Assembly: GCA_009914755.4 (NCBI GenBank)
Contig: CP068257.2
Coordinates: 30,304,001 to 30,368,000 of the forward strand
Direction: 5' to 3'
DNA length: 64,000 nt
Source of the DNA: the human T2T-CHM13v2.0 reference genome, Homo sapiens
Of the stretch, positions 55,701 through 64,000 are shown one piece after another (the first letter of the stretch is position 1; the number at the start of each line of letters is the position of its first letter). The translations under genes were made by a program, and so were the position numbers. The notes beneath the pieces are model-generated. The model did no database searches, had not been told where the DNA came from, and saw nothing but the letters and a program-made list of their open reading frames with translations.

Positions 55701-58700
55701 CAAAGCCCTCTTTTTATCCACTCACTTGTAGGTTTTTCTGCAGCAAAACCAGGTTTCTTCTTATGTGATGGGTGACAAGGAACCAAAACCAACCAGCCAA
55801 CGACATCTGGGCCCTGGGCCATCCCAGGTGGCAGCAGTCAGCACTTGGTTCTGACAGACCAAACAGCCTGGTGAGGCTTATTAATCATCAGAGGGAAGGA
55901 AAGCTCCAGAAAAGCCCATGTCGAACTGGACTTGATAGAGTTACTCAAAGAAAACTTACCTCAGCTCCCAGGGCTCCTCTGCCACATGTGGAAACAGGCA
56001 GATTTCCCAGGCAGCCATCCATCCTCCGGCCTGGGGTGATGAGGATGCAAAGCAAGCATCCGTCCCTGTTAAATGGATGCATTTGCTGTTCAGGCGATAA
56101 AGCAAGTGTGATGTGTGTTCATTGTTATCCTCCCAGAGCTGGGAAGGATCCACACTTTTGGTTACACGTGGGAAAACACCTCCCTCGAGGAGAAGTGAAT
56201 TGCCCAAGGTTACCCAACACATTATGGAGAGAGCGAGGAATGGACTCCAGACTTCCGGACTGCCGAGCTGTGACCATGGCTGGGATCCTCAGGTGGAGCA
56301 CCTGTGGCAGCCATGCCGGGAAAGAAGGGGGCGCTATGGGTCTTTGGAACACAGAAGCCTGGGGTCATTCTTCATTGGCCATCATACCCCCAGTTGCACA
56401 GCCATCAGGGAAGACTCTGAAGGGAACCAGCTCTCTGGAGCTCAGACCTCAGAGGCTAAGGATGGGTTTCCCCCTCCTGTAGGCATCTCCGTCTCCTCCA
56501 CAGGACAATATACAACATTAAGGATCCTGGGTAAATGATTGTTCATGGGGCTGCGTTTTCAAAATGTCCCACTTTGCAAATGTCCGTGCACATCCGCAGT
56601 GGGTGGAAATAGTTGATAGAGAACAAGAAGGTGTTTAGTGTATGGCTTGCCTCTGGGGCCTCATGTGGTCTTTTCTCTGATCTGCCTTGGGGGATTTGGA
56701 ACTGTGCCATGAAGGTGCGAGAGGGCGGGCTTCGAACCGAGAGCTTGAATTCCATCGCCCACCCTCAAGTCTATGTGGGTGCTGGAGCGCATCGGAGGGA
56801 AGCCAGGAGTCTCTGCAGGCGGCAGCCTTGCCGTGTGAGGAGCTTGCATGTGGAAGGGGGAGGTGATAGTCCCTCTGAAGATCTGTTTCTGTTATGTAAG
56901 GCAATTTAGCATCCTGCTCCCTAGGAAATTTCTTTTGGAGAAAACAGGCCATGCAAATGAAAAAGTCTAATTGGGTGATTGGCTGCATTTGGTAACATGT
57001 GCTTGGAGGGCAGGGAGATTGGCTAGTTGTAAATAAACATGCTTTCTCTGGGCGGTTGACCCTTCTGCGTGGACTGACTCTGAGGTTTGTCCCCGACAGG
57101 GAGCAGGTGGGGTGAATTTCTTGATTTCTCCTTAGACACCAGTTACTATGAAATCACTGATTCTTTTCAGCTGGAGAAGGATATGCTAGGGGTTCTTGGA
57201 GGACATACCAGGGTGCAGGATGTTGGGATGAAGTTTAATAAGGGTGGTCTTGGCAGGGTTTCCTGGAATTTTCTGTCTGGGGGTGCATTTTTCCTTTTTT
57301 CTGCCCCCATAGCAGCTTTCTGCTCATTGCCAAATAGCCCCCTTGTCAGTGACGGGAGAAATTTGGTCTTACAGGCCAACCTTGGTCTCTTTGCACAGCA
57401 AACCCCCACGCATTACACACCACTAGGTACCCATAGACCCTAACTGGGTGGCGATACTGGTCCGCAGAAGTTTTGCATCTTGATTGTTAAGCTTTTGAGA
57501 ACCCAAGGAGGGTTAGAAAGGAATGAAAATAAACCTAGACAGCCACCGGCAGCTCTCAAGGCTGTGGGCCACAGAGCAGCCTGAAAAAAATGTTTGCTGA
57601 TCGATTTAAAAAGCAATCCTAAAACAGAAGGAACTGCCGTGTTGTCTTTTCTACCAAATATTGTTTGGAAATGTATGACAAAGGTGCATTTGATTACTTT
57701 TTCCTGTAGAAGGTGTTAGCAGGTAGAGCTGGTGACTTTAGCATAAAAGTAGAGAAAGGGAACCAAGTAAAAGGAGATTGTGCCAGATTTTTCAGGAAAG
57801 CCGGTAACATTGCCTTTGCTGCTGGATGGGTGTGTGTCTCTGTGTGTGTAAGCGTGTGTGCAAAAGCTTGTTCTCCTTTGCCTTGGAGAAGGTGGCCTGT
57901 TGGTGTGTCATGCACACAAAGGGAGAGGAAAGCCGTGGAAAATAGTGATTGTCCTTTGCTGGCTTCAACCAAGGTGACCTGGAGGACACGTTCCCCTTCA
58001 TGGCATCCCAGATAACGTCCTGGAGCACATAACCTTCTCTGGAACATTCAGATCCCACTGCAGGAGCCTAGGACTGTGGCATGCTCCTGCCTCTGGGCCT
58101 TTCCATCTCTGGAACCGCCTGACCCTGCTGCAGGCTCTGAGAGTGTGGTGTCAAGTCAAGGGTTGACAACATCAACTTCAGGGCCGGGAAAATCCGCGTT
58201 TCCACCGGGCTCATGGGTGGATGACATAAGCACTGCAGGCTGTTTCTTCACATGTAAAGGAGGTAGCAGAATTTGCCTTGTGGTGGGTCATGCCCTCAGT
58301 GCAGTGTCTGGCACCCTGCATATTCTCAAAAAAGGCTGGTGGCAGCTGTGAAGGTGCTGAGGAGGGAGTTTGAGGAAGCTTTGCCTCTCCTGTCTTCCCA
58401 TGTCACCCCTTTGTTAGGGAGGAGCCACATCAGCTACAGGCCAGGGCCCTAGAGAGCTGTAGCCCCTCACAGTGGCACTTGCCACGAGGCTCAGCATCCC
58501 CACTTCCCACATCTACCCTGTCGTCTTTCCCACTCAAAAACTGGACATCATGAACTCTTATCTGCAGACTTTGAACATCCTTATTAGAAAGGGCTGCAAA
58601 AGTGTAGAGAGATATTTCCCTGAGAAGCTTCTCAACAACATGAATGAAAAAATAGACGAGCTCTCTTGGTTTGCAAATGCTCTTAAAGTTGAGGGCAAAA

Positions 58701-59048
58701 ATGTGAAAAAGAAGAGTCTTTTTTTCCTCCTCACCCACGGTGAGGTCAGAGGTGGAGTTGCTTTAATAGTAAACACCAAACACAGGCTTTAGGGCTGGAA
58801 AAAGAACTGCTGCTGCTTCTTAGTGACATCACCCTTCCCAGAAGCTTGAACTGAGTTAATTTTAGTTCAGTTCAGTTTCTACCAGCCCTTTTAAAAAACA
58901 TTTTAATAACTATTTATTAAGCTTTCTGTAAGCATCTGGCTTTATGCCAGAGGCTGTGGACTTGAAGATACATAAAATAGTCAAATTCATTCCTATCAGA
59001 TGGATTATATTCTAGTACAACGAAGGCAAGATTTAAACCAAAAGAATG

Positions 59049-59363
59049 GCCACTGCCAAGCGTTTTGGCTCACATCTATAGTCCCAGCATTTTGGGAAGC
59101 AGAGACAGGAGGGTTGCTTGAGGCAGGAGTTCAAAACCAGCCTGGATAACATAACGAGACCCCATCTCTACAAGAAATCTTTTTTTAAAAAATAGCTGGG
59201 CATGGTGATGCACACCTGTAGTCCCAGCTACTCAGGAGGCTGAGGTGGGAGGATCACTTGAGCCCAGGAGCTCGAGGTTGCAGTGAGATATGATGACACC
59301 ACTGCACCCCAGCCTGGGTGATAGCACAAGACCCTGCCTCAAAAAAAAAAAAAAAAAAAAAAA
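59049..59363 (+). mobile_element. Alu SINE with a degenerate 5' end and a ~23-nt poly-A tail.
   Basis: ggccactgccaagcgttttggctcacatctatagtcccagcattttgggaagcagagacaggagggttgcttgaggcaggagttcaaaaccagcctgg ... gtgatagcacaagaccctgcctcaaaaaaaa(a)n. Confidence 0.88.
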
Positions 59364-59949
59364 GCTTCATACACACGTTCATACACACGAGTACTAAGTA
59401 CGCAAGTAAGTGCTCACACGATTAGGGTAGAAAGGGCTGGAAGCCCATCAGGACCGCTCAGGGCTCTCTGGATTTGTTGTATATGTTGTGTTGGCACCTC
59501 CTTGGCTTGACTGCCCCAAATAGAACCTGATGTGAAGGTGGAAGCAGTTATGTTTCCAGTTGCCTTTGCAAAGCCGTTATTGCAGGCACAATCTTTAAAT
59601 GTAGACAGTGGGTTTCCAGAAGTCCTGCTCTGCTTCACCTTGGTTTGTTGGGCTTGTTCCAGAAGAATTGACCTCCTAGGAATGCCCTGCCCTTGCTGGA
59701 ATGCCTTGGAAGAGCACAGTGAAAGGGAACTGGGGTCCATTGAAGGCCTCTCGCTGCCCAGGCAGAGGGAGATGGGCTTCCTGGAGCATTGGCTGGGCCA
59801 CAGCTCCTCCCTCATTCAACACACAGTTGAGAGCATAGAGTATTGAAAAGGTGGAGTTTCTCTAATCAGTTTGGATGACTTTTCAAAGAGGAATCCCATT
59901 GTGTCTTCTAGTATGTGTCTAAGTGCATATGTTTGCTTCTGATTTGTAG

Positions 59950-60130
59950 GATAAAAAGCCCAAAGAACAAGAAAAAAGAGGGGATTTTCTTCATCGACCA
60001 TTCTCCAAGAAGTTGGACAAGAACCTGCCCTCGCACAAACAGCCCTCAGGCTCGCTTATGACACAGATTCAGAACACCAAAGCCCTCCTGAAGGACCGGA
60101 AGGCCTCCAAGTCCAGCTTCCCCGACAAAG
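59950..60130 (+). CDS. HUNK: Coding exon, 181 nt. Encodes DKKPKEQEKRGDFLHRPFSKKLDKNLPSHKQPSGSLMTQIQNTKALLKDRKASKSSFPDK(D).
   Basis: Acceptor ctgatttgtag ends at 59949. Donor gtgggt at 60131. The trailing g plus at of the next exon gives GAT Asp. Confidence 0.85.
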
Positions 60131-60884
60131 GTGGGTCAGCTCTGGGGACTCTCTCAGGCCACTCGTGTTGGGCTGTGTGTCCGCTGTGTAGCCCTCACAG
60201 GGGATGGTCGAATGGGCCCTAGAGCAGAGATGATTCCTGTGCCCACAGAAAAGCAGGATTAATGGACCTGAGGTTGCCTGAGCACAGTCCAGGACCAAGC
60301 TGTGTGGCATTAGCCATCTGTGCAGGAAGAATTTGAGAAAACAGAGATGGGGTGCAAAGTATTACGGAAACAGAAATTGGGGTGGATGATATTGTCAGAA
60401 CAGAGGTTGGGAGGCACAGTATTGCAGGAGCAGAGATCAGGGTGTGTGGTACTGCAGGGGCAGAGATGAGGCTGTAAGGAATTGTGGGAGTAGAGATGGG
60501 GTGCAGAGCAGAGACCGGGTATCTCCCTGAGTTCAAATCCCAGCTCTACTGCCTGCAGAGGTCCAAGTTCCTTTAGTGCTGAGGATCTTCACTGGATTAT
60601 TTGTAAGGCCTCCCACCTGTTGGAGCTGTTGGGTAGATGAGATGAGATGCATATATAAGCTCCCTCACCTGAGTCAGAATCCAGCCCATCACAGATAACT
60701 GACAAATATGTTTCCCTCCTCTGGGACGAGTGCTAAAAGATGCAAAAGGCAGACCTTACTGGGCACAGGCTTAACACATGGTAGAAACGCCAAGAGGGGA
60801 CACAGGAGCTGAGGGCGTCCTGAAGCAGAGCCATGAAGTAGAGGAGAGGTTCTTATTACTGAGGGGGATGAGACACTTCTTGGA

Positions 60885-61015
60885 GTTCAATCTCCTAAAA
60901 TATGAAAGACCAGGTTCAGAGAGGGCCGTGGCTGTCTGAGATACACTCAGGTGTAGCGGGCAGTTAGTCCCTGAGCGGGACTTGAACCTGCCTCCTGTCC
61001 TTCTATCTCCCATGC
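60885..61015 (-). mobile_element. MIR fragment.
   Basis: ccaggttcagagagggccgtggctgtctgagatacactcaggtgtagcgggcagttagtccctgagcgggacttgaacctgcctcctgtcc. MIR core in reverse complement. Confidence 0.5.
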
Positions 61016-61920
61016 TGCTCCCGGAGAGAAGCCACTGTACCCACTTTGCCCAAAGCAACCTGCTTTCCCTGGGGCAGAGCATGCAGTGGATCGGGGAGGG
61101 GCAGCAGTGTCCATGTGGCAGCTGGAACACTGGAGACCTTGGCCATTAATGAAGTTTTACTTCTTTCTGCTGATGCATCTCAGGTGCCTGCGCCGGCCTT
61201 TCATTTCGGTGCCTGTGTGTTTATTTCTGCAAGGCAGGGAGGCTTCCCAGTGCCCTCAGCCACTCCCAAAATCGATCCCAGTGGGCAGGAGCTTGCTCCT
61301 GCAGCTGGGCCTCCACAGAGCCTATAAAACGTTATGGGAGAAGAAAGAAGCTAAGACAGAGCTTATTCCGCATGAACTTGGCTTTATTTCCCTCATCCCC
61401 AAATCTGTAGGGGGTTTCCCCTTTCTTTTCTGGCCCAGTTTCCAAACCTGGATTCTAGTCTATGCCAACCAGAGACAGAAACCATGGGGATCTGGCAGGT
61501 TGCCTTAACTGTATGGATGGATGATATTCTTCCCCCGTTCAGAATTGGATGAGGTTCCATCCAGATCAAAAGTCACGAGGGAGCCTTAAAAGGGAAGGAA
61601 ATCCTGGCACATGCTCCAACACAGATGAACCTGGAGGACATTATGCTAAGTGAATTACGCCAGTCCCTAAAGGCGGATACTGTGTGATTCCACTTATATG
61701 AGGTCCCTAGAGTGGTTAGATTCATAGAGACAGGCAGTAAAATGGTGGTTGCTGGGGGTTTCAGAGAATGGGGATGTATATGGGGTGTTAGATTTGCAAC
61801 AGGAAGACAGTTCTGGAGATTGATTCTACAACAGTGTGAATATACTTATTATTGCTGAACTGTACACTTAAAAATGGTTAAGATGATAACATTTCTGCTA
61901 CGTGTTTTTTACCACAATAA

Positions 61921-62396
<476 letters not shown>

Positions 62397-62707
62397 TAGG
62401 GTCCAGAATTTTAAGCAACCAAAAGCAGGGACGATGTTAGGCTGGGGCCATGAGGCAAATTGGAATCCAGGAGACGTCCTGTCGCCAGCCCTCTGTCCCT
62501 CCATCCTAGGAAGACTGCCCGACCTCTGTGGGGAGAGTGACATGCTGCTGGTGACTTTTGCAAAGTAGCCAAGGCTGTTTGCCGGTTGGTTTCTTCTGAC
62601 CTTGGCGGGAACTGTCTCAGTTAAGCTGGAGGTCACAGCAGGCAGGAGAAGGGCCGTGAGCACTGTCCGGACGTCCTCATGATTGTTTATGCTTTCTTGG
62701 TGTGCAG

Positions 62708-63366
62708 ATTCCTTTGGCTGCCGCAATATTTTCCGCAAAACCTCAGATTCCAATTGTGTGGCTTCTTCTTCCATGGAGTTCATCCCCGTGCCACCGCCCA
62801 GGACCCCGAGGATTGTGAAGAAACCGGAGCCCCATCAGCCAGGGCCCGGAAGCACTGGCATCCCCCACAAGGAAGACCCCCTGATGCTGGACATGGTGCG
62901 CTCCTTCGAGTCTGTGGATCGCGACGACCACGTAGAAGTGCTGTCTCCCTCTCATCACTACAGGATTCTGAACTCCCCGGTCAGCTTGGCTCGCAGAAAT
63001 TCCAGCGAGAGGACGCTGTCCCCGGGTCTGCCATCCGGAAGCATGTCGCCTCTCCATACTCCTTTGCATCCAACTCTGGTCTCTTTTGCTCACGAAGATA
63101 AGAACAGCCCCCCAAAAGAGGAGGGCCTGTGTTGCCCACCTCCGGTTCCCAGCAATGGCCCCATGCAGCCTCTGGGGAGCCCCAATTGTGTGAAAAGCCG
63201 AGGCCGGTTCCCTATGATGGGCATCGGACAGATGTTAAGGAAGCGCCATCAGAGTCTGCAGCCATCTGCAGATAGGCCCCTGGAGGCCAGCCTGCCCCCA
63301 CTGCAGCCCCTAGCCCCTGTGAACCTTGCCTTTGACATGGCCGATGGGGTCAAGACCCAGTGCTAA
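62708..63366 (+). CDS. HUNK: Terminal coding exon, 659 nt including the TAA stop at 63364-63366. Encodes an S/P-rich C-terminal tail: (D)SFGCRNIFRKTSDSNCVASSSMEFIPVPPPRTPRIVKKPEPHQPGPGS...RRNSSERTLSPGLPSGSMSPLHTPLHP...LAFDMADGVKTQC.
   Basis: Acceptor ttatgctttcttggtgtgcag ends at 62707. The ORF-track entry 62683..63366 covers it in frame. All nine exons sum to an uninterrupted frame (1+3n...). The C-terminus matches my memory of HUNK (...DMADGVKTQC). Confidence 0.88.
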
Positions 63367-64000
63367 CTTGGGCCAGCGGGGTTTGGGGTATCTCTAGAAA
63401 ACAGCAACTGAACAGAGCTCCACACATCTGTCAGGGTGTGAGCACTCCAAGGCCTCGCGTGGAGCATCCTTAGTCCCACCTGTAGCTGAATCCACAGACC
63501 CAAAGCCTGCACAACCCAACCTCGCTTAGGGACCCCCAGAGATGCTGGAATCGCTAGGAGGGTTGGCTCCAGGGGCAGCCAATTCCTATCATTCAGATCT
63601 TCCTTCCTCCCAAGTACTCACCAACCCCTTCCACTTCCCACTTCCCCCAGGCTTGGGGGGAAAACAGGGCATGAGCCTTCTGGGGCACTCAGATTATGGA
63701 CTGTTACCAGATCTTTCTTCACGCTGTGCTACATGTGTGCCTCTCACAGCAGTTGGCCACAGTTACAGGGAGAGAACAATATCACAGTCATTCATCCAGG
63801 CCACGTTTCCTCTGCGGAGTGTAGCAGCCCTGCCTTTCATAGCAGGGATTACCTGAAGGCCAGCAGGAGCCGGGGGCAGGCCCAGGATCCTCAGAGGAAG
63901 ATGGAGAGGAGCTTCGGACCAAGATCAAACCAAACAGTGGGGACCCCAACAGAAGAGAAAGACTGAAGGAGACACTCATTTCCCAAGCAAGATTTTGATA
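63367..64000 (+). other. HUNK: 3'UTR of the same gene (partial). No AATAAA before the window end, so the UTR continues beyond 64000.
   Basis: The sequence directly follows the stop codon of the terminal exon. No polyadenylation signal was seen in the remaining 634 nt. Confidence 0.6.

Noticed and set aside
55772-56482. 236-aa ORF on the + strand in the intron upstream of the small exons, the longest non-repeat ORF in the window.
   Set aside because: It begins with a GTG (there is no ATG at the start). It has no recognisable domain or motif, no flanking splice signals joining it to the kinase frame, and a basic, low-complexity composition like the neighbouring random ORFs. At ~50% GC a 700-nt open frame in 64 kb across six frames is not unexpected. 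I treated it as chance. A BLASTP with no hit would confirm this.

Overview
This window is human (primate) genomic DNA rather than a prokaryotic locus, and it is dominated by primate-specific repeats. It carries the 3' part of a plus-strand protein-coding gene that I recognise, from memory of the protein sequence, as HUNK (hormonally up-regulated Neu-associated kinase, an AMPK-related Ser/Thr kinase on chr21q22). Nine coding exons are present. Their splice phases are all mutually consistent. They run from the catalytic-loop exon (HRDLKIENLLLDEDNNIKLI) through the DFG/APE activation-segment exon and later kinase subdomains to a large terminal exon that encodes an S/P-rich tail. That exon ends ...MADGVKTQC followed by TAA at 63364-63366, and the 3'UTR runs off the window. 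Exons make up about 2.5% of the window.

The introns are packed with repeats:
- about 33 Alu elements, mostly antisense to the gene, several with clear target-site duplications;
- L1 3'-end fragments, including an old L1M shredded by at least five Alu insertions;
- MaLR/ERVL-type solo LTRs (two THE1-like, MLT1-like and others);
- MIR fragments;
- microsatellites.

The most unusual intronic structures are:
- a 38-bp x 12 tandem minisatellite, which creates three long bogus ORFs;
- a ~250-bp polypyrimidine (CT-rich) tract, which creates bogus ORFs on both strands;
- an Alu carrying a ~95-bp foreign internal insert;
- a ~215-bp palindromic MITE-like element;
- an inverted pair of L1 3' ends.

I found no tRNA or rRNA genes, no CRISPR array, no operon-like gene organisation and no evidence of a novel system. 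The long ORFs in the supplied track, apart from those overlapping the exons above, are repeat or low-complexity artefacts. All coordinates for repeats are approximate (+/- ~10 bp). Family names are from memory of consensus sequences, not from a database search.
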